From NCBI GenBank assembly GCA_963662545.2, contig CAXXLL010000002.1, forward strand, positions 2,368,001-2,432,000: DNA of 64,000 bases, written 5' to 3'. Both the position numbers and the translations under genes were made by a program. Below the pieces are notes generated by a model. It did not search any database. It was not told the origin of the DNA and saw nothing but the letters and a program-made list of their open reading frames with translations. The stretch is from Gammaproteobacteria bacterium (GTDB lineage: Bacteria; Pseudomonadota; Gammaproteobacteria; Ga0077536). Shown here piece by piece: positions 19,385 to 28,583 of this stretch; position 1 is the stretch's first letter; every line of letters starts with the position of its first letter.

Positions 19385-19513
19385 CGGTGGGGAAATCGCC
19401 CGTTTGAGAACGGCGAGCAATTGTAAAGGCCGGGGTTCGATGAACCGGTGGGAAATTCGCCTAAAAACCGCAGGATTTTTTCCCGCGTTTCAAACCGGCG
19501 CGCAGAACTTCGG

Positions 19514-20161
19514 TCAGGCCGAAACGAGACCGTGTCTGATGGCGAGCCGCGCTAACTCGGCGGGTGTGCCGACTTCGAGCTTACTTTTGATCTGTGTGGA
19601 GTAGTTGGCCACGGTCTTGTAGCTGAGTGACAGGCGTTCGGCGATGTCGTTGACACTGGATCCTTCGGCGAGGAGACAGAATATCTCGAATTCCCTCGTG
19701 GTCAGCGCATCGAACGGCAACTTGTCGCCCTTGGTTTTCTTGAACGCCAGACGCTGTGCAATATCGGGATCGATGTAGACGTTGCCGCCGGCAATCTGGC
19801 GGACGGCTTCGACCATCACGACCGGCGCGCTACTCTTTCCGATGTAACCGCGGGCGCCCGCCTGCAAGGCTTTTTCGACGAAGGCAGTGTCCTCGTGCAT
19901 GCTGAACACCAGCACCCGGGCGGCGCTCTGCCGCGCCACGATGCGTCGGATCGCTTCGAGACCACCGATTCCGGGAAGACTCAAGTCCATGATGACGATA
20001 TCCGGATCACATTCGGCAAACTGCCGGCAGGCGGATTCGCCGTTTTTCGCTTCGGCGACGACATCAATATCACCCTGATTTTCCAGCAGGGTCTTAAAGC
20101 CCGCCCGCACCACGGCATGATCGTCGACCAGCAGGACGCGGATGACGCCAGAACTAGCCAT
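19514..20161 (-). CDS. NarL/LuxR-family response regulator (MxcE/MxaB/ExaE-like)
   Basis: LVDDHAVVRAG receiver; LTTREFEIFCLLAEG HTH. Confidence 0.88.
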   Translation of the reverse strand: MASSGVIRVLLVDDHAVVRAGFKTLLENQGDIDVVAEAKNGESACRQFAECDPDIVIMDLSLPGIGGLEAIRRIVARQSAARVLVFSMHEDTAFVEKALQAGARGYIGKSSAPVVMVEAVRQIAGGNVYIDPDIAQRLAFKKTKGDKLPFDALTTREFEIFCLLAEGSSVNDIAERLSLSYKTVANYSTQIKSKLEVGTPAELARLAIRHGLVSA

Positions 20162-21512
20162 CGATTGTTACCGCGTGGCTGATCGGTTCGAGCGGAGCAC
20201 TGGCCGTGATCCTGACCCCTTGTCCCGGTGCAGTGTCGATTTCCAACCGTCCATTCATGGCATTGACACGCTCCTGCATACCGACCAGGCCCAGCCCTCT
20301 TCTTTCGCGGCATGGATCGAAGCCCATGCCATTATCAGCGACATCGACGACAATACAAGCTTCACCGCCCGGACCGGATTTCACTTCGAGCGCGATCGAG
20401 GCTTTGCTTGCGTGCGCATGTTTGGCGATATTTGTCAGCGCTTCCTGCACGATGCGATAGACGGCAATGCGGGCGTCCTTTTCCAGCGGCGGCAGGTCGC
20501 ACTTAGCCTGCAAGCTGCAGAAGCAATCACGATGGCGAGTGTTCCAATCGTCGACCATCAGTTCGACCGCGGGTAAGAGCCCCAATTCATCCAGAATGAC
20601 AGGGTGCAGGCGCGTCATCATCTCGCGTACCCGTGCGTAGATGTCGCCCGAGATGTCGGTGATCGTCGCCGCGCTGGCCGCCACCGCTTGATCGGTGGAT
20701 CGCGACCTTTCAATGATCGACACCGCTAGCGCCTTGATCGCGGTGATCGATTGGCCCAGTTCGTCGTGCAGCTCGTGCGCCAGGTGACGCCGCTCTACCT
20801 CTTGGGTCGCGAGCGACCGCTGCGCCAGCACGGCGTTATCAGCGTGACTCTGCTCGAGCACTTCCGCCATGAGATTGAATCGCTCCGAAATCGCATCGAG
20901 CTCGGGCACGCCGACGGCCTTTAGCCGTGATGCATAATCCCCGCGCTCGATGCCTGTGAGCGCGCGTGATAATTCCTGCAGGGGCGTCAAAGCGCGCCCC
21001 AGAAACAAAAACACGACGACGTTAGCGCCGACGAAGACCGCAAACATGACCGAAACCGTAACGCGGGTTTCCCGCCAGGCTTCACTTATCTCGTCGGTGG
21101 GATCGGCGGCGATCAGGATCGTTGCGCCGTCGAATTCGACGGTACGCGTCAGACTGGCTGGGTCGGGGCGCACGAGCGAAAAGAACCACCCCGGAATTCC
21201 TCGCGGTCCCCGTTTTTCGCGGCGCTCGATGTTCACCGGCAGCGGTGCGCTGGACGCAACCGTGATGTTCAAATGCCTTGTTTCCGTGTTTATCTCGAGC
21301 TGCTCTAGCATCCCGTACAACAAACCCGGCTCCACTGGACTGCCCGTGCCGCCGAGCAGATTCTGGATCAAGGTGGACGCCAGCTCGCTCGACGCCCGCA
21401 GTTCTTCGACGACTGCACGACGCGCATTGCCCAAGGAATAAACGGCGCCAATTGACAGCGCCAGAAACAGGATCAGCGACAGCAGAAGATTGAGTCTGAC
21501 ACGCAGTTCCAC
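20154..21512 (-). CDS. HisKA_3 (NarX-type) sensor kinase (MxcQ-like)
   Basis: 2 TM, HAMP, ERRHLAHELHDELGQ, YRIVQEALTNIAKHA, DNGMGF. Confidence 0.88.
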   Translation of the reverse strand: MELRVRLNLLLSLILFLALSIGAVYSLGNARRAVVEELRASSELASTLIQNLLGGTGSPVEPGLLYGMLEQLEINTETRHLNITVASSAPLPVNIERREKRGPRGIPGWFFSLVRPDPASLTRTVEFDGATILIAADPTDEISEAWRETRVTVSVMFAVFVGANVVVFLFLGRALTPLQELSRALTGIERGDYASRLKAVGVPELDAISERFNLMAEVLEQSHADNAVLAQRSLATQEVERRHLAHELHDELGQSITAIKALAVSIIERSRSTDQAVAASAATITDISGDIYARVREMMTRLHPVILDELGLLPAVELMVDDWNTRHRDCFCSLQAKCDLPPLEKDARIAVYRIVQEALTNIAKHAHASKASIALEVKSGPGGEACIVVDVADNGMGFDPCRERRGLGLVGMQERVNAMNGRLEIDTAPGQGVRITASAPLEPISHAVTIDG

Positions 21513-21542
21513 GACGATCCGTCATGCCAGGTCAATGGCGGG

Positions 21543-21851
21543 CTAATGATCCACCTGTTTCTGGCGCTCGGCGAACTTGGCCTGGCTTTCGGCAGATGCT
21601 TCCACTTGGTATTTCGCTTTCCATTCCGAGAAAGGCATGCCGTAAATTAGTTCACGAGCCTGCTCGTAATCCATCTCCACCCCGCGGGATTCCGCTTCCG
21701 CGCGGTACCATTTCGAAAGGCAGTTGCGGCAGAACCCAGCAAGATTCATCAAGTCGATGTTCTGCACGTCGGTATGATCGCGCAGGTAATCGCGCAAACG
21801 CCGATAGGCGGCCGCTTCAATTTCGGTTTGAGTGCTTTTATCCATCGACAT
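21543..21851 (-). CDS. DUF1244-family protein
   Basis: EIEAAAYRRL...DVQNIDLMNLAGFCRNCLSKWY. Confidence 0.85.
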   Translation of the reverse strand: MSMDKSTQTEIEAAAYRRLRDYLRDHTDVQNIDLMNLAGFCRNCLSKWYRAEAESRGVEMDYEQARELIYGMPFSEWKAKYQVEASAESQAKFAERQKQVDH

Positions 21852-21935
21852 TCACCTCCATTCGTGCACGAACGCACCTCAAGAGGGTACCCTCCAAAGT
21901 GACATGGCGCGGCGCCGCTACCTCCGATATTATAG

Positions 21936-21971
21936 ACCCACAAACCCACAAACCCACAAACCCGCAAACCC
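21936..21971 (+). repeat. 8-bp tandem microsatellite upstream of ndh
   Basis: (ACCCACAA)x3 ACCCGCAA ACCC. Confidence 0.85.
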
Positions 21972-21995
21972 TTTCGTCCGATTTTCGGTGGAATC

Positions 21996-23318
21996 GTGCA
22001 CCGGTCCCAACTCACTCGAATCGTTCTCATCGGCGGTGGCGCCGGCGGTCTGGAACTCGCCACTAAACTTGGCAAGCGATATCGAAAGCGTGATGACATT
22101 GAAGTCACGTTGGTCGATCACTCGCATTCACACCTGTGGAAACTGCTCTTACACGAAGTGGCGGCCGGGACCCTCAACTCCAATGAAGACGAATTGAGTT
22201 ATCTCGCGCATGCCCATTGGAACGGCTATAAGTTTCGACTGGGTGCCCTCAAAAGTCTCGACCGCCATCGCAAGACGATTACGATTGCCGCTTCATCCGA
22301 CGCAGAAGGCCGCGAGTACATACCGGAACGAATCCTGGCTTACGATATCCTGGTCATTGCGATAGGCAGCGTGACGAATGACTTCGGCATGGACGGGATC
22401 ACGCGCCACTGTTTCTTCATCGACACGCGAGAGGAGGCAGATGTCTTTCATCAGCATCTCGTTCGAACCTGCTACGCGGCAAATGCCCAGAGCGAACCCG
22501 TGCGACCGGGTCAGTTGCACATCGCGATCGCGGGTGCGACGGGCGTGGAACTGGCCGCGGAACTCGATTATTCGATTACCACTTTAGTCGGCTTCGGCTT
22601 GGATAAGATCAATGTCAAACGCGACGTGCGGATCCATTTGATCGAAGGCTCGGATCGGATCCTTCCCGGGCTGCCGGAGAGGGTATCGAGCGCCACCCAC
22701 GGGTTGCTCGAACAGCTCGGAATAACTATTCATACGGGAGAACTGGTGACCGAAGCCACGCCGGAAGGCTTTCACACCCGTAGCGGCGAATTCATTGCGG
22801 CCGAGATAAAGGTTTGGGCCACAGGGATCAAGGCGCCATCGGTACTCGCGGAGCTGGACGGGCTGGAAACGAACCCGCTCGATCAATTGGTGGTGCGATC
22901 AAGCTTGCAGACGACCCGCGACGGCGACATCTTCGCGCTGGGTGATTGCGCCGCCTGCCCGATGGGAAAGAAAGGCCAGCTGGTGCCGCCGCGCGCGCAA
23001 GCCGCGCATCAGCAGACCCAGTTGGCAGCCCGGTCAATCGAGCGACGCGTGTGCGGAAAAAACCTGCCCGAGTACCAATACAAGGATTTTGGTTCGCTCA
23101 TCAATCTGAGCGAACACAGCGCGATCGGAAACCTCATGGGCAATCTTCTCGGCCGTAAACCGACCAACATCCCGGTAGAGGGTCGCCTCGCCCGCTGGGC
23201 GTACTTATCACTTTACAAAATGCACCAGATCGCCATCCAAGGCGTAGTCAGAACCGTCTTGATCACGATCGCCAATTTCCTCACCCGTACCAGCAAACCG
23301 CGCTTGAAACTGCATTAG
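21996..23318 (+). CDS. ndh: Type II NADH dehydrogenase (possibly impaired)
   Basis: IGGGAGGLELA, LLHEVAAG, FALGDCA, VPPRAQAAHQ; second nucleotide-binding motif shortened to IAIAGATGVELA. Confidence 0.85.
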   Translation: MHRSQLTRIVLIGGGAGGLELATKLGKRYRKRDDIEVTLVDHSHSHLWKLLLHEVAAGTLNSNEDELSYLAHAHWNGYKFRLGALKSLDRHRKTITIAASSDAEGREYIPERILAYDILVIAIGSVTNDFGMDGITRHCFFIDTREEADVFHQHLVRTCYAANAQSEPVRPGQLHIAIAGATGVELAAELDYSITTLVGFGLDKINVKRDVRIHLIEGSDRILPGLPERVSSATHGLLEQLGITIHTGELVTEATPEGFHTRSGEFIAAEIKVWATGIKAPSVLAELDGLETNPLDQLVVRSSLQTTRDGDIFALGDCAACPMGKKGQLVPPRAQAAHQQTQLAARSIERRVCGKNLPEYQYKDFGSLINLSEHSAIGNLMGNLLGRKPTNIPVEGRLARWAYLSLYKMHQIAIQGVVRTVLITIANFLTRTSKPRLKLH

Positions 23319-23478
23319 GGAACCTCTGAATAAGTCATGGTGCGTCTGAATGGTTCATGCAATGGTGCAGATCAAGGCACGAATCGCAGCCCATAGCGGG
23401 GACTGGGCAAGGTTCGTAACGTAAGGCTCCGCGATTTCACGGGCCAGGCAGATGGGCGATGAATTATGCAGAGGTTCC
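23319..23478. mobile_element. MITE family A, copy 2
   Basis: TIRs GGAACCTCTGAATAA / TTATGCAGAGGTTCC; perfect TTAG target duplication including the ndh stop. Confidence 0.9.
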
Positions 23479-23557
23479 TTAGCCCCATTGCAGGAAAATC
23501 GTGTCATCGTAGTTCGCCTGCCGGCGGACCCCTACATTTGCACGCGCCGCGCAGGCC

Positions 23558-24979
23558 TCAACCGCCCGCACCGTGTAGCCCGTACTTCTGCATGCGATAA
23601 CGCATCGCCATGCGCGTGATACCAAGCCGGCGCGCGGCTTCGGATACGTTCTCTGCGCTGGCCTTGAGGGCGCGTTCGATCATCAGCTTTTCCATTTCTT
23701 CGAGCGTCATTTCGTCGAAGATCGGCGGAGCCACCGGATCGGGTGGGATATTTCCGTCTAGTCCGAGGGTACTCTCGTCAAGAGCACCGTTGCCCGACAA
23801 CAACACCGCTCGTTCCAGCACATGGTTCAATTCTCGAACGTTTCCGGGCCAGGAATAATGCTTTATGCGGCGTTCCGCCGCTTCCGATAATTCGATTTCG
23901 CCGAGTCCGTAACGGCTGCCCACCTCCTTCGCAAAATGCTTGGCCAGAATCACCGCGTCGCCATTACGTAAGCGCAACGGCGGCAATTCTATGGTCAGCA
24001 CCTTGAGACGGAAATAGAGATCCGAGCGCAGCGTTCCTGCGGCGACCATTTCGTCGACCGAACGATTGGTTGCGGCGATGAACCAGGCGGCGGTACGCCG
24101 TTCATGGCTGCTGCCGATGCGCCGCAGGAAGCGTCGTTCTAGCACGGCCAGCAGTTTAGCCTGCAGTTCCAAAGGAATCTCGCCAATTTCATCGAGGAAA
24201 ACGATGCCGTCTTCGGCGGCTTCGATGAGGCCGGTCCGCTCATTGACAGCATTGGTAAATGCACCTTTGACGTGGCCGAACAATTCCGCCTCGATAAGAT
24301 CCTTTGGCAGCGCGGCGCAATCGACATGTACAAAGGGCCGCGACCTGCGGCCTGAACAACGATGCAGCATCCGCGCCGCTACGTCCTTGCCGGATCCCGT
24401 CTCACCGGTGAGCAAAACCGTCGGCGGAACCGTACCGGCGTTCACGAGCCCAGCGATCTTTTTCACCTGTTCGCGGATCAAGGAAATCTGTGTCGATTCG
24501 CCGAGCATTTCGACCACATCCGGGCGATTACTTTCCCGGGCCTTGGAATATTCGAGCTGCCGATTGATCGCGCTCGCAGCCAGCACCTTTTCGATGTTGA
24601 TCTGTAGTTCATCCAAGTCGAGTGGCTTATTGAGGTAATCAGAAGCAGCGTGTTTCATCGCGGCCACGGCGTCGTCGACTTCGCCATAGGCGGTCATGAC
24701 GATCACGGGAACATCACTGGTTTCTCGCAGGCGCTGCAAAAAATCGAGTCCCGATCCGTCCGGAAGGCGCATATCGAGCAGCACTAGATCCGGTTCGGCG
24801 GTTTCCAGACATTCGGCGGCAGCACGGAGCGTCGCGGCATGAACGCAGTTAAAGCCCGACTTGGAAAGGCGGCGAATGACGGCCTTGGCGAAAAGCGCCT
24901 CGTCCTCGATGAGGACGATTGTCGCGCGAATAGCGGACACCTCGGCCGACATTGATTCGACGTCGTCACTCAGAGTCAT
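23558..24979 (-). CDS. sigma54-dependent response regulator (NtrC/AtoC family)
   Basis: Receiver, GETGSGKD, ELFGHVKGAFTNA, WPGNVREL, Fis HTH. Confidence 0.93.
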   Translation of the reverse strand: MTLSDDVESMSAEVSAIRATIVLIEDEALFAKAVIRRLSKSGFNCVHAATLRAAAECLETAEPDLVLLDMRLPDGSGLDFLQRLRETSDVPVIVMTAYGEVDDAVAAMKHAASDYLNKPLDLDELQINIEKVLAASAINRQLEYSKARESNRPDVVEMLGESTQISLIREQVKKIAGLVNAGTVPPTVLLTGETGSGKDVAARMLHRCSGRRSRPFVHVDCAALPKDLIEAELFGHVKGAFTNAVNERTGLIEAAEDGIVFLDEIGEIPLELQAKLLAVLERRFLRRIGSSHERRTAAWFIAATNRSVDEMVAAGTLRSDLYFRLKVLTIELPPLRLRNGDAVILAKHFAKEVGSRYGLGEIELSEAAERRIKHYSWPGNVRELNHVLERAVLLSGNGALDESTLGLDGNIPPDPVAPPIFDEMTLEEMEKLMIERALKASAENVSEAARRLGITRMAMRYRMQKYGLHGAGG

Positions 24980-26444
24980 AATCGTCTACCTTTACCGCAC
25001 TCGGTGCCGTGATTACTACGTCCGTACTTTCGCCCTCCGTGATCGAAAATTCCAGCTTAAAACCATGCGTACTGCATATTTTGAACGCAATCGGTATGCC
25101 GAGTCCCGTCCCGAATCGTTTCGTGCTGGGACCTGGTGTCAATTCCGTCGCTTCGGGTTTGAACGGCAGGCCGCCAGCGCGGTCCCCAATGGTCATTCGA
25201 ACCTCGCCATTGCGCTGCTCGACCGCGAGCGTAACGGTCTGGCCTGCGGCTGAAGCCTCGATGGCGTTGTTGACGAGTCCGTACAGCGCTTGCTCCATGA
25301 GATCGCGGTCGGCATCGATCAGCGCCGCGGCGTCCCAGCCTCCCCTCCGGCAACGGATATCGAACTCGGCAAAACGCGACTCGAGCATACCAGCCACCGC
25401 ATCGATCAATTCGACCGCCGCGACCTGGCGGCGCTGCGGTTTCAGCGGATGAAGGTAGGACACCAAGGCCGTCACCCAGCGTCCGAGCCGGTCGACCGTC
25501 TCGATGATGGCGCCGCGGATGTCTTGAAGTTCCCGCGGGTCCTCAGAGCCGTCAAGCAGCTGGGCGTTGGCCCGGATCGCGGCGAGCGGATTGCGAATAT
25601 TGTGCGCAATGACTGGGCTCAGGGCACCCAGCGCCGATTGGCGTTCGTCGTCAACCAGGGCGTGGCGGCTCGCATCAAGCTCGTCGGCCATCTGATTGAT
25701 ACCGCGGGCCAATTCCCTGACTTCCTCAACGCCGACTTCCGGCAGATGACGTTTCAGGTCCCCGGCGCTCATGACACGGGTGCCGACCATGACCGACTGC
25801 ATAGGGCGCACGAAACCGAGCGTTAAACTGCGCCGTGAAAAGATCAACAGGCCAATTCCGATCAATACGGGCAGCGTCAGGGCAAACGGCGCGATTTCCA
25901 TCCACCAGCCGATGTCTTCTTCCTGGGCGTTTAGTTGTTGGTCGATCAGACCGGTAAAAGATTCGAATGCTATTTCGAAACCGGCCACGAAGCGTTGCTC
26001 GAACTGGGGGTCGAGCAACTTCGAGCGAACCAGACGATTCAATGCGAAGGGATCGTCGAGCGTTTCAAGCAGATCGGCCTGCAGTCGGCTGAACGCAACC
26101 TGCATCCCTTGCACGGCGTAATCCTCGCCGCGGTGGGCAGATTTCCGCCTGAGTTCGTTGAACAATTCCCGGATCGTGCGTGAGTAACGCCGATTCAGTG
26201 TACGTGTGCGCGGATCCTCTTTGAGCCCGGCGACGGAGACCTCCTGGATTTGCTTGAATAATAGTGATCGTATCTCCTGTGCTGTGTAGGCGAGGAAATT
26301 GAGGCGGATGGTTTCTTCCGACGATTGCTGCCAGAAATAGGCCCAGGTGCTGGCAAGACCACCCATAATGACTACCAAAGTCAAAAACGCCAGTTCGTGA
26401 GTCAGCAGTAACCGGCGAAGAGACTGCGGACGGGCGACTTGCAT
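24966..26444 (-). CDS. Sensor histidine kinase
   Basis: 2 TM, HAMP, AHNIRNPL H-box, GTGLGIPI. Confidence 0.9.
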   Translation of the reverse strand: MQVARPQSLRRLLLTHELAFLTLVVIMGGLASTWAYFWQQSSEETIRLNFLAYTAQEIRSLLFKQIQEVSVAGLKEDPRTRTLNRRYSRTIRELFNELRRKSAHRGEDYAVQGMQVAFSRLQADLLETLDDPFALNRLVRSKLLDPQFEQRFVAGFEIAFESFTGLIDQQLNAQEEDIGWWMEIAPFALTLPVLIGIGLLIFSRRSLTLGFVRPMQSVMVGTRVMSAGDLKRHLPEVGVEEVRELARGINQMADELDASRHALVDDERQSALGALSPVIAHNIRNPLAAIRANAQLLDGSEDPRELQDIRGAIIETVDRLGRWVTALVSYLHPLKPQRRQVAAVELIDAVAGMLESRFAEFDIRCRRGGWDAAALIDADRDLMEQALYGLVNNAIEASAAGQTVTLAVEQRNGEVRMTIGDRAGGLPFKPEATELTPGPSTKRFGTGLGIPIAFKICSTHGFKLEFSITEGESTDVVITAPSAVKVDDYDSE

Positions 26445-26524
26445 GCGGCGGGATTATAGGGCGCGAAGGCGTACTACGCTGCAGGACATTGCGACGCCAA
26501 TTGGTCGATATCGCTCAGCGGAGG

Positions 26525-26540
26525 TGGCTAAATTCAACCA
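26525..26540 (+). promoter_or_regulatory. Candidate enhancer box
   Basis: TGGCTAAATTCAACCA, same TGGCT-N6-AACCA pattern as 252-267. Confidence 0.5.
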
Positions 26541-26647
26541 GCGCGAGACCCTAAGGCAACCGAGATGATTCCCAGCGGCCATCGTAAAGTTAATTAACTG
26601 ATTGAGAACGCTAGCATATTTTGGAAATACGTGAAATCCGCTAGATA

Positions 26648-26663
26648 TGGCATGGAAATCGCT
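26648..26663 (+). promoter_or_regulatory. sigma54 promoter of pqqA copy 2
   Basis: TGGCATGGAAATCGCT = GG-N10-GC. Confidence 0.65.
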
Positions 26664-26708
26664 TCAATTCGGATAGACTTAATTCGACCACTCGCAAAGG
26701 AAACAGAC

Positions 26709-26783
26709 ATGGCTTGGAAAACTCCTGCATATAACGACGTCCGGTTCGGTTTTGAAATCACGATGTACATCAACAACCGCTGA
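26709..26783 (+). CDS. pqqA: PQQ precursor peptide (copy 2, stand-alone)
   Basis: MAWKTPAYNDVRFGFEITMYINNR; AAGGA RBS. Confidence 0.95.
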   Translation: MAWKTPAYNDVRFGFEITMYINNR

Positions 26784-26800
26784 ACGCCGACAAACTCCGT

Positions 26801-26827
26801 AAAAAGGGGCCGATGGCCCCTTTTTTT
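26801..26827 (+). terminator. Rho-independent terminator after pqqA copy 2
   Basis: AAAAAGGGGCC-GAT-GGCCCC-TTTTTTT. Confidence 0.88.
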
Positions 26828-27094
26828 CTGCTCCGACTCCATCAAAGCGCGAAAGGCGAGCGCCATTCACCCTTTGCGAGCGGCAGATTCGATAATGCGA
26901 CTAGAACCGGCAGCCTGATAAAAATAGTCACCGGGAGCACCATTAGCCAGTGAATCACGACGGCGACGTGTTTTTCAGAAGTTTCGGCTACTAGTGGATT
27001 TCGATGCGCGGGACGGATACGCAACCGTCATCTTAGCGTAGTACGACGGCCGACAGATCCTTTAAAATCTCGCGGGCCAACGGAAGAGGCCAAG

Positions 27095-27387
27095 CAGCCT
27101 GTCGGACTTAGGAAGAATTGACTTGGGCGTTGGGATGGCGCTCTGAGAGGCGCCATGGTCTTGTTCAGCGCATCCCTGCGCTTCACCCCTGCGGGGTTGG
27201 CGCGAAAGTTCGTTCCCGACGAATTTTTGTTCAGCGCGTCCCTGCCCTTCTCCCCTGCGGGGCCGACGCGAAAATTCGTTCCCGACGAATTTTTCGTTAA
27301 ACTGCACCACTAATCGGCTCAAACCATGACACCTCTCAGACCGCTCTCCCACCCGCATCGCTACGATTCCCTAGGTACCACAGGCTA
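27095..27387. mobile_element. MITE family B with internal 66-bp tandem duplication
   Basis: Left end CAGCCTGTCGGACTTAGG; degenerate right end CCTAGGTACCACAGGCTA; units 27161-27226 and 27227-27292; right part shared with 40670-40883. Confidence 0.7.
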
Positions 27388-27508
27388 TTAGCGCGCCCTT
27401 TCCCCCACGTTGATGAGCACCACTCTCAAATTGCTCGGTGCGTGAGCAAACAAAGGAAATACGGGGACAATTTACTTATTTCAAGAACTCATAAAACGAG
27501 ATGTACAC

Positions 27509-28105
27509 TTGCGCGAAATAAGTAAACTGTCCCCGTATTTCCGCACGCCGATACAATGGTTTGCGGTCATTTTGTGTTTCATCCACCTGGGATCGTTTCC
27601 CGTCGCGGCCGCCTCTTCGTATGACATCGAAATCAAGAAATCCCAACGCCTGCTCATCGTTCGGGAGGGTGAGGAAGTCCGCAAGGTTTATCGCATCGCC
27701 TTGGGCCGGGGCGGCCCGGGGAACAAACAACGGCTCGGCGACAGGAAAACACCGGTCGGCACCTATCGCGTGATCGGATTCAACGACCGCAGCAAGTTCG
27801 ATTTCTTCATCCGCCTTAACTACCCGAACGTCAAGGACGCGTTCTACGGGCTAAAGTCAGCCGTCATCTCCCGCGCGGAGTTCGACCGCATTATCGGCGC
27901 ATTGCGCCGCAACACACTGCCGCCACAAGATACGTCCCTGGGAGGCGCCATCGGGATCCATGGCATCGGTCCGGAAACGCCGGAAAAACTTCGGATTCAT
28001 GAAAATCTGAACTGGACGGAAGGATGCATCGCGCTGAAAAATGAAGAAATTCGCGATCTGCGGCCCTATATCCGCATCGGCACGCACGTGGTGATCAGGG
28101 AATGA
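27509..28105 (+). CDS. L,D-transpeptidase (YkuD family)
   Basis: GDRKTPVGTY, LNYPN, GGAIGIHG, WTEGCIAL. Confidence 0.9.
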   Translation: MREISKLSPYFRTPIQWFAVILCFIHLGSFPVAAASSYDIEIKKSQRLLIVREGEEVRKVYRIALGRGGPGNKQRLGDRKTPVGTYRVIGFNDRSKFDFFIRLNYPNVKDAFYGLKSAVISRAEFDRIIGALRRNTLPPQDTSLGGAIGIHGIGPETPEKLRIHENLNWTEGCIALKNEEIRDLRPYIRIGTHVVIRE

Positions 28106-28578
28106 GGGCCGCCGTAGTATGCCTCGCTCTCGTTCTGGTAATGCCGTTCGACGACGCTCATCCATCGGAACCGCAGCCGGAGTCGACTGATCTGATCGTC
28201 CGCTACGTCGTCGACAAACCGTTTTCTGATGTAATCTTCGAACTCAATTTCGCCATTACCGAGCGGAATTTCCGAATCACCGGTCGCAATACCATCGGCG
28301 AAGGCCTCAGAAAACGCGGTTATGAGAATTTTCCTAATATCGAGGTCATCCACTTCTGCAGCCTCGAAAAGGCACGCGAAGTCCTCATGATCGATCCGGG
28401 TTTCGTAGCTCAAATGCCGTGCAGAATCGCGGTGCACGAGCAAGGCGGAAAGACCGTGATCAGCCTCATTACTCTGCCGCTGGCTCACCCCGACCCGCGG
28501 GTCAACGACTTTGCCCGACGTATGAACGCGATATTGACCGAAATTGTCGAGTTCACGCTCGACTCCAACGGAGACTGA
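28102..28578 (+). CDS. Exported DUF302-like protein
   Basis: Signal peptide; FCSLEKA...MPCRIAVHE Cys pair. Confidence 0.75.
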   Translation: MRAAVVCLALVLVMPFDDAHPSEPQPESTDLIVRYVVDKPFSDVIFELNFAITERNFRITGRNTIGEGLRKRGYENFPNIEVIHFCSLEKAREVLMIDPGFVAQMPCRIAVHEQGGKTVISLITLPLAHPDPRVNDFARRMNAILTEIVEFTLDSNGD

Positions 28579-28583
28579 ACAGG

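Noticed and set aside
14840-21512. A PQQ alcohol/methanol dehydrogenase (xoxF, mxaF, exaA) structural gene
   Set aside because: No ~600-aa quinoprotein ORF is present; only accessory, transport and regulatory genes.
27161-27294. Possible CRISPR array
   Set aside because: Only two adjacent 66-bp units with no unique spacers and no cas genes; lies inside a TIR-bounded element.
26594-27358. Small minus-strand ORFs near pqqA copy 2 and inside the family B element
   Set aside because: They overlap pqqA, its terminator or MITE sequence and show no coding support.
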